Source: Octopus sinensis | Taxonomy: Eukaryota | Length of the DNA stretch: 64,000 nucleotides | Direction of reading: 5' to 3' | Assembly (NCBI RefSeq): GCF_006345805.1 | Contig: NW_021832430.1 | Location: 248,001-312,000, forward strand | Shown: positions 51,096 through 64,000 of the stretch, one piece after another | How positions within the stretch are numbered: position 1 is the stretch's first letter | Layout: every line of letters starts with the position of its first letter | Translations under genes and position numbers: made by a program | The notes under the pieces: model-generated | Database searches by the model: none | What the model was told of the DNA's origin: nothing | The model's input: only the letters and a program-made list of their open reading frames with translations

Positions 51096-51773
51096 ATGTG
51101 TGCTGATATTCTACCTGGGAACACAATATACATAAGCAACCTAAACGACAAGATAAAGAAGCTGGGTTAAGTTTAAATTAATATTTCCAGAACTTAAAGA
51201 CCAGCTATACCACGCCTTTGCCCATTTGGCCACATTGTCGAAATAGTGGCCCTAAAGACTAATCAAATGCGGGGACAAGCATTTGTCATATTTAAGGAAG
51301 TGAACAACGCCTCACTTGCCCTCCGGTCTATGATGGATAATTCTACATTCTACGGCAAGCCATGGTAAAGGATTGTCCTCATCTTCCAGCGCATAGAGTA
51401 CGCCAAGACTGAATCCCAGATCATAACTAGAATGAAGACATTATATGCCGAAAGATGTGAAAGACAGAAGGAGGAATTGCAGTCAAAGTCGAAAAGAGTT
51501 CGAATGGATGTCTTTGAGAACGTGGAATGTCCTCCTGATGCCTCTTCTGTGCTTTTTGTGGAGAATATTCCAAGTGACGCCACTGAACATGATCTCAACA
51601 TTCTTTTTAAAAAGTTTTCTGGGTTTAAGGAACTTCGGTACACAAGTGCTCGGCCGGAAGTGTCTTTTGTGGAGTACGAGAATGAAACATGTGCTACTGC
51701 TGCTCTTCAGTCTCTTCAAAACTTTAAACTTTCCCCAACTCATTTTCTGGCAATTTCATACGCCAAAGTTTAA
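51096..51773 (+). CDS. SNRPB2: SNF/U2B'', copy B, with apparent lesions in exon 2
   Basis: Duplicate of A, with one C missing near 51221 and a garbled segment at 51331-51362. Confidence 0.8.
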
Positions 51774-51867
51774 TTTTTCTTGTTTTTTTGATTATGATTT
51801 TTTATTAAAGAAAATTTAAATAAATTGAATTTTGATAAATTAATATTTTATTGGATGATGTGAGACG

Positions 51868-52835
51868 ATGAAACCACTAAAGCTTTAAATGATTTTATTT
51901 CACAGTTAAAGTGTTCCTCGTGGTGATTTTCTTTTCTTATTACTACCAGCTCGTCCTCTACTTGTGAATTATTTAGCCATTCGAATCGTCCAACTCTTTT
52001 CTGCCAGTTAGCAGTTTTAAATAATATTAAAGAAAGTGCTTGGAAGAGTGTGGCGATCCCCTTCTGTCTTCTTCTATTATAAATCGGAAAAACCTTACTT
52101 CACTCGCAAACTTAGCCAATCAACTTGTGGACAAGCTCAAATCCCTTAAAGACAGTCCCTCCAAAGTCGTGGTGGCCCAGTGGCTACTCCATGCGACAAC
52201 TACGGGACCTGAGGGGGATGACCTTTTCCTACGATGTGTGACGGCATCCACCATGTCCTCACAAGTCTCCCACTTGGTTGTCCAGACAGACGAGAATGGG
52301 CGATGTTTGAGGACATTTAAGTACATGACCGCTCTTCTCAGAGGTCTGTGGATTGTGTCTCATCAATGTACGAACATGAATGTATTTCAGGGCTATCCGA
52401 CTCGTTTGACTGTCAATCCTTACTGGACTGTGCCCCTTATGAAGTGGTGGGACACTCCAATAGCGAAGTGTCGTATATTCCTACCAAGGCGAGGACCAGT
52501 CAAGTCTGTAGCTGTTTGATAATGAGTAGTCTCCTCCTCTTTTTGATGGGATTTCTGTCTTTTTTGCATCAAAGACACGCATGCCCCGGCGGAAAATTAT
52601 TTCATTGGTGGAGTTGGGTGGAGGAAAAGTCCTAAGAAGTCTTCTTTCTGAATATGAGAAGAGCAGACCCTTCCATGCTGCTGCTTCTGGACTGATAGCA
52701 AATTGTCCGGTTGTAGCCGTGTCAGATGAGTGGGCTGGAGCCGTCCTCATTGGAATGAATTTAGAGAAAAATTGTTTGGTTGCTTCTGAGAATTGGATAT
52801 TTGATTGTATTTCATCGTATTGCCTTGTTGAATGA
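51868..52835 (+). CDS. BARD1/BRCA1-like, copy B, with apparent frameshifts
   Basis: Duplicate of A, with -1 after the ATG, -2 near 52179 and -1 near 52229. Confidence 0.72.
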
Positions 52836-52895
52836 ATGGCTTATTCTGTCTTCTTGTTTTTTGGTATTACTTAAATAATGTAGTTTCGTTATTAT

Positions 52896-53782
52896 TAGGG
52901 CAACATATCAATAAAGTCAATTTCAATTCAGAGTTAAACTTTAGTCTAAAATAATGATTAATTTAAAAAATATCCAAAAAAGATTTTTATAAAAAGTTTG
53001 TTACGTCAATTTGGTCAATTTTTGGATTTTTTAGGTCAATTTTTTAATTAAGTCAATTTTAAAATACGAATTTAATTATAAAAATCGTATTGTAACAAAT
53101 CTTTAACTAAATTATAGACTACGTATGCCTAAAAATAAGCCTTCAGATTGTAAAAAAGCGAAAAATATTTGTGAAAAATATCCCAAAGAATTTTCAATTA
53201 CTCCGAATGGAATGCTTTTTTGTAAATTGTGTGAGTTACCCGTAACTTGCAAAAAACATTTTTTTGTGAACAAACACAGGGAAACACAGAAGCACTCTTC
53301 ACCAACAATTACATCCACAAATACAAGATAATTGAATTTTTTTCAAATTATTGTTTCAAAAATTTTGAATCATTTGTATTCTCAAACATTTCACTCTATA
53401 AATTGAGGAATGAAGCAATTATCAACTTATTCGAAAATATTGGGCATCCACTTCCTTCAGAGTTTACTTAAGATAGTAGAAATTTTAGCCCAATAAAAGA
53501 TATCAAAAATAATTAATTTAATTTAAAATGAGCGAGACTGCACCTTCTCGGAGGTCTACATTGCCAGAGAAGAGGAGGAAGAAGGGAAGGAGGAGCATGG
53601 AGTGCCATCGTCTGCTCACTTCGAAGGCTCTGGACTTGGAAAATTACTTAGTTAATTAGTTTCTTTTTTTACAAAATATTTGAAAATAAAGTTTTAAATA
53701 ATATTCCGTAGGTCAATTTTTCAGTCAATTTTTAAAATTTTACGGTCAGTTAATTTTTTAGGTCAATAAAATGTTTGCCCTA
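52896..53782 (+). mobile_element. Non-autonomous hAT element, copy B (no Tigger)
   Basis: Same TIR and GTTATTAT TSD as copy A. Confidence 0.88.
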
Positions 53783-54561
53783 GTTATTATTCTTGATGAG
53801 ATACGTCAAGGAATTGATTTCGTTCAGTTTTCAAGAAATAAAGCAATAGACCTCGAAGTAGAAGCAGTTTAGCGTTTCTTACTGACTAAATGTTAAAAAG
53901 GACTGGGAGAGCATTAAACGAGATACTCTCTAGAGTCCTTTTAAAAACAGTTGACTGCATATAAGCCTGTAGAGGTTTATCTACATCTAAATATCTTAAG
54001 TAACGCTTGTGGTATTCCGAGACCACTCCATCCCATATCATTTTACACGGAATGAACCCACGTCATAACTGCTCACTGAACAAGTACAATTTCTTCTTAT
54101 TACTTGAAAACACGTGAACGCAATTCTCTTTAAGTACTCTTCGGACAATAAGTTCAATTTCATCATAGTCACTCGGGTTGAATTCGATTAGTCCGACGTA
54201 GTAGTTGAGCGTACTTGTTAAAGACGTGGAACAAGTTCTATACATTGAGGCGAGATGCCTATATTATTGCTGCATTGCTACGCACATCTTCCACTAGGCA
54301 CTTTCTAGTTTCGAGCGTGATTAATAAAGCTGGTTTTTCAACCACATCAAGATACTTATATCTTTAGTGTTTCTCCGGGACTTTGACTAAATGACCACAT
54401 ACGTGATCCAGTCGAACGGTCTTGAAACCTTTCAGATTTTCCCAATAAAATAATAATTGATTACATAACCACAAAATTTAATGGGACAGACACACCCTGC
54501 TTAATTGTAAGTAGAAAATTAGAAAGATTTATTAAATTTGATTAGTTGAACAATAAGCAAA

Positions 54562-55780
54562 TTAGTAGACGTGTTTAGCCACAAAGAGGCTTTCATTGGC
54601 AGATGCATCGTCTGTGCCAGAATAAACACCCTGGGAAGCATCACTACAGGCCTAGGCGTAGTGACCATTAAACTATACATTGGCTCTTTTGATCAATTGA
54701 GCGACAGCTAGATCATTATTTGCACAATCTCCATTCCACTTTCTAATAACGGAATGTTGCAGAGCTCGTCCATAAGAAAAGGACAAGGACCAGGGATACA
54801 TTCTCCGATCTGTATTGGCCTGCTTATTGATCTCGTTAAGAATGTTTGTAGAATCCGACTCGGAAAATCCACCCGAAAGGAAAACAATTCCTTTGAGTCA
54901 TTAAAAGCTCAGAACCAGGGACTGCAGATGGAACAGTTCTTCGCAATGTGCGAAGAGTTGCGGTGGCATTATCAGAAAACGAACTTTGAGGATTGGCCTG
55001 CATTCCTGAAGTGACCATGTTTGGTTTTAGTAAAGTTCCTTCCAAAAACACGTCCTGGTCATTCAGAGCTTTATAAACTCCCGCCAAAACCTAAAATAAT
55101 AAAAACGAATGACCACCTTTGTAGTAACATATTCACATCTTTCTAAACTGTGAGTACCGTCACAGAGAACTTCAGGCTCTACGATGGGGACGATGGCATT
55201 CTATGGATTCAGGAAAAATGAGACCAACTCGTTGACATATTTTGGCATACGAGGCAAGTACATTGCTGTTTGTGACAATCGCTAGTTCCGACGGTGTTTG
55301 GTCAGTAATTGTGAGGACACACCGCCATTTAGCAAAGTCCGCTCCAGCCTTTTTGTACTTGGCACATCTTTGGTCCAAATTGTCGAGCCCTGACAAATTC
55401 TAAATGCCATGTTGACCTTGAGTCGTTGTCTCCACTCCATTGATCGAAACTACTCCCAAATCAACTTTAATTCCAGTAAGTATCCCGTTTTTACGTAAGA
55501 CCTCCGGAAATGAGACTCCTTCGTCAGATGTTTGCCAGAAAGTTTCGTCGTACATGATCACTCCGGAGATGTAATTACTGAGAACTTCTCCAGACGAGAA
55601 GAGCATTTGACGATAAAGACGACGATTTTGTTCATTATTTGTGCAATTTATTGCTGAAAACCGTTTTCCGATCGTCCCTGTGCTTTCATCAGCAGCCAAA
55701 ATTCCTCGGCCGACTCTTGTGAGTTTGTTAGCGATTTCTGAAAGTTGTTTTTGTTGGATTTCGGTTAAAAATGAATTCAT
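54562..55780 (-). CDS. ALDO: Fructose-bisphosphate aldolase, copy B (intact)
   Basis: Open frame after removing five introns (27, 28, 26, 25, 27 nt). Confidence 0.95.
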
Positions 55781-57522
55781 ATAGTTTCTTAAAAGGTGAT
55801 TATAAATGTTAAATTGATAATAGTTAGATAATCAGTTACCTATGATATGCTGACGCAGTAGAATAAAATTTATTAATTTTTTAAGGTTAGGCTTAAAAAT
55901 TATATCACATTATAATAACATATTTATTACCTATTATAAATAGCTGAAGATTTTATTTATTTTTTTAGAAAAAATGGGTATTCATAACACACGATATATT
56001 TTTTTTAACTAGATGAAACAAGGCTGAAAAAAAATGTTTTTTTACAAGACCAAAGTTTGTGTTAAGGGGCTTAATAAGTCAATTTTAATTAATTAACCTA
56101 TTAATTAGTATTTCCTATTTGATTTGGTTATGAATTCTGACTATCATTATTACGTCATTAATCATAAAAGAGTTTGTAATCAGAAGAGTCATGTTTACAA
56201 AGCGAAGCTCCGAACTCTGAGTGCCACGTTACCAGAGTGGGATTGAGAAGAGTAATGTTTATGAGAAGTGCAGAGAACCCCGAGTTTAAATGCGTAAGAA
56301 ATAATTTTATGCTACAAATACCGTATTCCGACAAGCTTTCCATTTTTTGCATTGACGACATTATAATCTTTGTGATTCATTTAGGATCTCTAGAGTTGCT
56401 CAAAACAAATTGTCAACAGTTTTCCTCCTCGAGTTGCAGTGAATATACTTTGTCTCGGGAATTATTTCAATCTTAAATGAAAATAAATTTCAATCTTGAA
56501 TAAAGCATAACATTTCTTCATTTCGATAAGAAGTATTTCCATTGAATGCAACCAATTATTTTAATAATTTCAATAAGGTGTTCTTCCTGAAATTGTGTTA
56601 AACGATCCATGATCTTTAATTTAATGTCATCATCCATTCGATGGACAAGGACGTTGAATGAACCTACTACTTATTATTATTTAAATCGAGAAGACCGTCA
56701 AAGCCAGAACAAAATCAGTTAGGTGATGCAGACATTCCCAATCATAACACGCATATTCTCGTGCCAGCATGCTTTGACGTGGAACACAGAACCCGTCGTC
56801 TTTAAAAGCGTTTCGAAAACAGTTGACTTTATACGGAGTTCAGTGAAACTGAACTTTGCAGTTGTATTAATAAAATACTGATAATTGTTAAAAACTATAT
56901 ATGGGTTCCGTGAGGCAAATAAAATGTCTTTAGGCGGCCGCGATCTCTAAAAGGTTCGGAACTACCGATGTACAGAATTGATAAAAATGGCATTTTGAGA
57001 ATAGTCAATTCAATGGCGTTGTCTGTTCAGCGACCTGTGGCATTTAATATTTACAGTTTTCAATTTTTTGTTCAATAAAAGAATTTTGATCAATTATTTT
57101 TGGTGTCGACCCAACGCGAATTATTTCCTTTGCTAATTTTTCCCAAAAAAGTTGTTCTACAAGCTAAAGGTTTGCAATAAATCTTTTAACCAGTCAGACT
57201 CCACTTCGGTGATGGCAAAAACATGTGACTGGTGAAGTAAATCTTTATCCTAGGAGCACTAGAGACCTCAGAAATCGCAAAAAGCTTGATCTTGCCTTTA
57301 TAAATGATATCAGGAATTAGGATACGATTTTTCACCGTAGTATACCACCTATTATTTCAGGAAATTTCTATTTCAAAATAATAAGTTATAAAAAATATTT
57401 ATTATTTTGTAGTTTAGTAATAATTTATAATAAAACAATAAAAAAATCAACGCGTGGATTATTCATTAGTTGGTGTTTGATTTCTTAGTTTGTTGCAATA
57501 TTTAAAAATCACTATAAATAGA

Positions 57523-58027
57523 ATGGAAGAGAATCCAGTTAACGTTATTACTCCAGGAAGGGTGGTTATAATGCTTGCTGGGCGATATGCTGGCAAAAAA
57601 GGCATCGTAATGCAGGTACCTATTATATATTATTAGGCCTAGAATATAAACGAGACTAAAAATAGAAAATATCCTCAATGTCTTGTTGTTGGACTGGCAA
57701 AAAATCCCCGTAGAATACTATCTGGAATGTCCTCAAATAAAATACTTAAAAGGACCAGACTATCCACATTCGTTAAGCTGACAAATATCAACCACGTCCT
57801 CACAACAAGGTTTATATACATTTATTTTATATATTTAGATATTGTGTCACTCCTTCCATTACAACTGATGATGTTAATGTAGATAAGTATAAAGATCTTG
57901 CAGGAAGAAAGCAGATGAGGCAATTGGCACGAACTGCATTGGAGTCACAGTTATGCGTATTTGTATATTACTCTGTAGTTATCGAAAAGGCGAACATAAG
58001 TGGTTCTTTAAGCGCATCGATATGTGA
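57523..58027 (+). CDS. RPL27: RPL27, copy B (intact)
   Basis: Canonical GT at the first donor; frame open after three introns. Confidence 0.93.
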
Positions 58028-60001
58028 TTTTTGTTCTTTTCTAATAAATTTTGTGTTTTTGGGTAAATATTTGTTGCTTTTTGAACTATAATTATTTATT
58101 CAAGATTAGAATAACAAAGGTGTATAAAAGGGACTTTTTAGATAAGATATCCTTACAAAATGGCTAGCAAATTGATGTGAGATTATACAGTGATTTTAAA
58201 TTGGTTTTAACAATTATTTCTTTGAAATAATTAACACAAAATAATATTAGGGAGTTTGGAACAAATTTTTTTATCCATAGTTTTTTGAACACTCTAAAAT
58301 TTTAGCACACAAAGCTAGGGTCGAGCTATACTATTATTTCTTGTACTAAAATTCACTAAGGAGATCCACTTGTTTTTTTCTATTTGCTCTCTGGGCCAAC
58401 CAAATAGCCAGAAATCTCATTTCGATGGAATCATATTGGATGGTTGAACTTCTTTGATTTAATAATTTAATAATCTTTGACACTCGGATATTTGCTGAAG
58501 GTCGAAGATAGGAAAGTCCGATTATTAGCTTTTACCAAATGAAAGGATTTGAATCTTTTCAGGTGTTTGAATCTTTTCTCATACTGCTGGAATGTTTTCC
58601 CCTCATGTATTGCTTGACGACATCGTTAAGGGAGCACTTGATGTGGATGGATTTACTTTAATGTTTGAACCTGCTGGGCTTGATTGCGGGAACAAGAAAC
58701 TTGGAACCTTCATTAAAAAAAAACTAATTAATTTTCGAACCTTCGAAGTGAGCAGAGAATAACACTCCACGCACCTCCTTCCCTTCTTCTTCCTCTTCTC
58801 TGGCACTATAGACTTCCGAGAAAGTGCAGTCCAGCGCCTCACGCTGACTAAATGTCAGGAAAGAACTGGATCGGCGAGCATCAAACGAGACACTCTCCAG
58901 AGTCCTCTTAAGAACAGTTGACTGCATATAAGCATATAGAGACTTATCTACACCCAGCTGTCTTAAGTACCCCTTGTGGTATTTCGTGACTATTCCATCC
59001 CATGTCATCACATACGGAATGACATGGACTTTGCTCTGTTACATCAGCCCTAGCTTGTTTGCAAGGAGGTAATACTTCCTACTTTTCTTCACTTCCACTA
59101 TTTGCAAACGGTCTAGGCACGCGATGCTAACTTCCACGATAACAATCTCCCCAGTAACCTTATCACGGACCAAAATATCGGGTTTGTTGTGCAGAAACGT
59201 GGAATAACTATATTTACTTTCAATTGTGAAAACTTATATAAAATACCATCTACGCAGTTTTCTGTTGTGACTCTGAGATATGTCTCTTTTTAGTGCGCTA
59301 GACCAACAGGCTGTTCAAAAGAGTTTCACTTAAAATTCCTATTTAAGGATGAGTTACGACTATTCCATTTTTAAAAAATTCTCTAGGCTCGGTCTACGTT
59401 TTGTTATTTAAGATAGAACAAACTCCATCTTTATAGGATTGAATAAAATAAGTTCCAAATACTCTATCATAGGAGTTCACTGCCCCGAATCGTCCAAAGT
59501 GATAAATGGTTGGCTTTATCGACTTATCTATTTTACCTTTTTTAACACTTTTAGAAGGTTCTGTTTTTGTTCGTATGTGAGCTTTTATTCGAATGTCAGA
59601 CTAAATTTACTCAATTTATAGATTGAAAATTTCAACGAAAAGATTTCCGGTATTCGTCGAAGTGAAAGAAGACTGCTAAAATCATCATTCGACAAGTGGA
59701 CAAAGGAAAAGTAATTGTAGAATCTGACGAGTGACAAATCCATTCCAGACAAAAAAGTAGAGTTTTCGTCAAAATAAATCATAGAAAAAATATATTTAAA
59801 ACAATTATTATTTCATAGAAACGGGCTATTTTTTTAGATTTTCTTAGCATCTTGCAGTCGTAGAAACTAAGTAAACTTGGAAGGTACAAACAATCTTTCA
59901 TCACCAAAAATCCAAGTTGGCTGTAATTATTAAATTGAAATTTAAGTATTAATTATACTCTTTATTTGATTAAAAGAGACAACAATTAATAGATTTTAAA
60001 T

Positions 60002-61063
60002 TTATTCCATCTGAAAGTTGCTGTACATCAAATTGGATGAAGGTTTACTAAATTGCATATTCCCATTATAAACGCATGTTCCTTCAGAATTTGGACCAAA
60101 TTGAGAATAATTCGAAGGCCCGTTTGGTTCAGAAGCGTACATCGAATAACCAGGATTTTGATAGTCTAAAAATATTATGTTTAATTTTACCCATTGAATA
60201 CAAATTTTTCGAATTTTTGTCTTTTGGCACATATTTTATGTTATAGTTCACATTGTTGTTATTAAAATTATTCTTTTTCTCTTTTGATCTTTTGTTTTGG
60301 TACCAAATCTTGATTAGAATCAAATAAATTTTACTTGAATTACTCTAATATCCAAGTTCGTGTCCTTGGATAGTTGTTCTCTTACATGCCGTGACGGCTT
60401 TGACGTTTCAGAAAACGCTTTCAAAAGAATTCTGAGCTGTTCAGGACGAATGGATGTTCTGGGGCCCCGTTTTTTACAAATTCCAGTTCCCCTATTTTTG
60501 ACTTTGTCTTCGTTATCATTTGTTTCAGATTCATTGTCAGAATTAACAGACTTGTAATCAAAAACAGGCGAGGACTCCGCAGAACTATTCGGGATCGCAT
60601 CGTAGTCATCATTTTTCTTATTTTCACCTAAATCTATCAATCACAATTTAATAAAACATGAATATTTTTTATAATCTTCAACGCAAAACAGAGTGCTGCG
60701 ATTAATGTAGTAGAAACAATCTCCGACCTGTAGTTGCTGTCTGCAGCCGTGACATTTAAAGCATTCAATGTGATACATGAAGGAATTCACCATTAGAACG
60801 TATGTATTTTCTTCAATCATACAACAACATATTGGACAATTTCCATAAATTCTTGATAAATGAACTTAAAATGATTTTTACCTTGAATAGTCGTTGAAAC
60901 AGTAGATAAATCCATTCTTCCAATAACAAATATCACGAAGAATTGAACTACATTCTGAACACTGTATACAGTTCTCATGCCAAAAGGATTGCATCAGAAT
61001 ACAATGAGATTCGCCTTTATTTATCACATTGCAACATTTTTTGCATATTTTTTCGCCTTCCAT
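60002..61063 (-). CDS. LHX1: Lhx1/5 LIM-homeobox, copy B (intact)
   Basis: Frame is open through IWYQNKRSKE after splicing. Confidence 0.9.
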
Positions 61064-63418
61064 TAGTTCAGGTTTTCTAAACTTGTTTAGAAATATATTT
61101 AATTTAGCGTAAATTAAAAAAATATACACTTGATATATGTCTAACTGTGAACGACATATCTTCACAGTGGGTACGCAAACAGCGGTTGGTAAAGTTCTTT
61201 GACCTACTCTAACATATGTTTATATACCAGTATATACTGCCAACGATAATATAAATGCATTAAAGTTTTACATAATGATTAGAAATAATTTTATCTTTGA
61301 TACAAAATACGATTACTAAATATTTTATACCGAAGAGTACTGTTAATTATATAATTAAGAAACACTCAAATAGAAACAAAAAATAACTAAGTGACAGCAA
61401 TTGAAACAAAGACTCAGTATGGGTAACATAAGTCAGTCATTTGATAATATATAGCTGTTTATGACATTGCGATTAAATACCTCACACTGGGACTTATATT
61501 TGGAACAGCTCAAAAAATATTTAAATACATTCTGATCAATACAAATGTATTTTTAGACTTTGAAACGTATAAAATTTGCACAAATTCATATGCTTATTCT
61601 ATTATTCAGTCAACTTTACTACATGCTGTTGCCCCGTGTCAATACACTTAAGAAAACATTGTTTGAATGACACTTCTATTATGTAGGCTACCGTCGCTTT
61701 TCGCATAAGTTTATTATTTGCCAGACAATATTAATTTGATTATACTTTAAATACCTCCTTCACAGCCAAGTTGTTTGGCGATATACATATGTTTTATAGT
61801 TTCATCAACAACGGTCAAAGCGCGTTTATCGACTTGTACTGTTTTAAAATGATTACAAATAATGCTAAATTAAAATGTAACTATCATGTTTTAACATCTT
61901 AATTATTTTTTTAAAACTCTTATCTGCAACTCTATACTCTAAAAATAAATTTCACCAAATTAGTAATATGTTTTATCTATTGAAAATAAAAACAACTTTT
62001 ATTACATTATAAAATCTGATGTTAATATCAATTATTGCAAAGGTATAAGATTCTAATTTTGTTATAAAATTTAGATATTTTAATCAAGACTCAATTTTAT
62101 TAACCTCATAATTGATTGATGTTTTTACTAAGCTATTTTTACTTACAAATCATTAAATCGATCCACTGTCTGAAATGTTTATAGACTCTAATAATAGGTA
62201 TTTGACGAAATTAGGTAAAACCAATCTAAGTAATAATTCAATTATATGTGTTTCCAAAAGTTTTTATATGATAGGGATTGTCGGCAAACTATTTGGAGCT
62301 TTTATTATCAAAATTATTTCACGTTTGAAAAAAATTATTACTTTTAGGATCTAAACATATAATACTAAAATTAGAATTTATTAAATATCATTAATTTGGA
62401 AATCTAATTTTATACATACTTGAGCAGTTGATCATGTACTTAATACAAAACATTTAACAATTTATTACTAACGGTCACCCATAATTAACTAAATAAATTA
62501 ATTTGGTGATCTCAACCATCTTTGTAGTAACTACACTCTGTTTTGGAACCCAACCAGCGATAATTGTCGTCCAAAGAGTTCTCAATAAATATCAATTTTT
62601 TAGCAAGTTGAAGCCAGTAATTATAATATAAAATTAAAGTCTATAGAACATCTGGACTATGTTTTTTTAATGTGTATTATAAAAATCTTTTGTAAATTGT
62701 CGAGACATATTTTATAGCAATTTTGTTGTGAATAAATTGATATTTATTAGATAAATCAACAGAAAATAGCTAATAATGCCCTCAAATTCTATCTTTTTGT
62801 TAAATAGGACTTGCTGGGAATAATTTTTATATTAGTTAAATTAAAATTTGACTTTGTGAAACCTTTGACTTCGAAAAAAGAGAAATTTGGTATAATATCT
62901 ATAGTGTTTATATAAGCTGAAATTTATAGAAATTAAAAAATATGAAAAAATTATAAATTATAAACAAGGTAATTTATAAAATTATAATTTTTAAATATAA
63001 GTGTATTTAATTAAACTATCCAAATTACTAATTATCTGGCTTTATAGATAAGATGGACAATGACCCGGATCGAATATTGAACTTAAATTTAATTAACAAA
63101 TAAATGTGACATACAGAAGAGAAGCTGAAATTAGAGAATTAGAACAACGAAATTAATTATCAAGAACCGAAAAAATAATAAGTTATTATTATGTTTTTTT
63201 GATCTTTGAAGCACTTTCGAGAAATAAGTGACAAATAGTTATTGTCGTAAGTTATAATGTCTAGGCCCGTTCTAAGTGTCCGGAGTGATAAATCGGATTT
63301 ATCACTCCAAATCATCTAAATTCTTTGTTTAAAATCTGAAATTCTTAATGATTACTTTTGTTAATTCAATAATTTTTTAAATTATTAAAATTTGAAAAAA
63401 GTAACTCAGTTAAAAAGA

Positions 63419-63812
63419 ACTCGATCGGGGAGATGGCAAAAGGCCTGACGGGATGACAATATTCCCGTACTCGTCGGGGAAGGCCCTTGTATGGGATGTC
63501 ACCGTTGTGGATACCTTTTCGAAATCGAGGATCCATTCTTCTGCGGCAAACCCTTGTTCGGCTGCAAACCACGCCGAAAAGATGAAAATACACAAATATT
63601 CTTCGCTCGCGGACCGCTACCGCGTTACGGCAATCGCCCTGGAGACCGCTGGAGTTGCAGGAAAGGAGACTGACTCCTTCCTCAAAGAGGTCGGGCAGTC
63701 CATCGGGAGAAGGCTCAAGGACTCGAGAGAGAGCCTCTGGTTCCGCCAGCGCATCGGCCTGGCCATTGTCCGGGGCAACGCACACTGCGTCCTCGCCGCT
63801 GGAACTTAACGA
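63419..63812 (+). mobile_element. CRE-clade retrotransposon 3' end, independent copy
   Basis: RPDGMTIFPYSSGKALVWDVT..QRIGLAIVRGNAHCVLA* in one frame. Confidence 0.85.
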
Positions 63813-64000
63813 TTTTCGGTGTTATTTGTCTAAAAAAATGAACGAGTTAAAAAAAAAAAAGTTAAAAAAAACGCGGAAATTAAACAAAGAAATTTTCATC
63901 AATCAGGTGATTGAGCGTCATAGTAACGAACATAAAAATGTAAGATTACTCTATGCGAATTTTTTTTCACAATTAACCTCAATTAATTCAATTCAAATCC

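Larger units (their letters stand above)
46019..62895 (+). repeat. Segmental duplication, copy B (~16.9 kb)
   Basis: Starts inside the hAT Buster right arm (TGAGGTGGTAATTTTGG) and ends at TTTGGTATAA. Confidence 0.95.

Noticed and set aside
201-64000. Alternative genetic code (stop reassignment) as the cause of broken ORFs
   Set aside because: Genes end in TAA, TAG and TGA, and internal stops fall inside tiny introns or decayed TEs.

Overview
AT-rich eukaryotic (metazoan) genomic DNA read in the standard code, dominated by nested transposable elements. The host genes are split by uniformly tiny GT-AG introns: 28 were reconstructed by eye, all 23-30 nt, a pattern typical of dicyemid mesozoans (taxon is an inference). 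Host genes are an Ig-superfamily membrane protein, HSP10, SNF/U2B'', a 289-aa BARD1/BRCA1-like protein, aldolase, RPL27 and Lhx1/5. All except the Ig gene occur twice in a ~17-21 kb tandem duplication (23627-44959 and 46019-62895) joined by a 1-kb retrotransposon 3' end. The first copy carries three extra TA-flanked Tigger elements. The left part holds a probable Helitron (PIF1 fragment, 94-bp tandem array) containing a full-length Jockey-like LINE flanked by an identical 341-bp direct repeat. Most notable: DNA transposases carrying host-style 23-25 nt introns; two retroelements bridging abnormally long duplications; a histone-H4-like motif at the LINE ORF1 N-terminus; in-frame stops in all nine 3n host introns; and a miniature BARD1-like gene. 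Many frameshifts lie in homopolymers and may be long-read errors.
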